The position numbers and the translations under genes were made by a program. The notes beneath the pieces are model-generated. The model was not told the DNA's origin. It saw only the letters and a list, made by a program, of their open reading frames with translations, and made no database searches. Below are positions 63,974 through 64,000 of a DNA stretch of 64,000 nucleotides, one piece after another (the stretch's first letter is position 1; each line of letters starts with the position of its first letter). Origin of the DNA: Escherichia phage vB-Eco-KMB39; the sequence record OR539219.1; one strand, given 5' to 3'.

Positions 63974-64000
63974 ATGGCAGCACCTAGAATATCATTTTCG
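63974..64000 (+). CDS. t: holin t, first 9 codons (3' end outside window)
   Basis: AAAAGGAGGG RBS then ATG; MAAPRISFS matches holin T N-terminus as I recall it. Confidence 0.6.

Overview
This window is a 64-kb stretch of a T-even (T4-like, Tequatrovirus-type) myophage genome, densely coding and collinear with the T4 map as I recall it. On the + strand it runs from the 3' end of tail sheath gene 18 through the head genes (19, 20, 67, 68, 21, 22, 23, 24), then uvsW, the baseplate hub genes (51, 27, 28, 29, 48, 54), and finally the long tail fibre genes 34-35-36-37-38 and the first codons of holin t. On the - strand it carries rnlB-hoc-inh, uvsY-25-26, and a long early/middle region: two tandem Alt-family ADP-ribosyltransferases, DNA ligase 30, rIII, 31, cd, pseT, a spanin pair, alc, rnlA, denA, nrdB, mobE, nrdA, the intron-containing td with I-TevI, frd, 32, segG, 59, 33, dsbA and rnh. 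I see no tRNA, rRNA, CRISPR array, integrase or prophage border. I did not find a clearly novel multi-gene system; the most unusual content is accessory cargo relative to T4: an ORF inserted between frd and td, an HNH-like ORF between genes 18 and 19, homing endonuclease genes on both sides of uvsW, a duplicated Ig-like domain in Hoc, a NADAR-like early gene, and a T2-type gp38 adhesin. All assignments come from reading the translations and motifs and from remembered T4 gene order and sizes; no database search was run.
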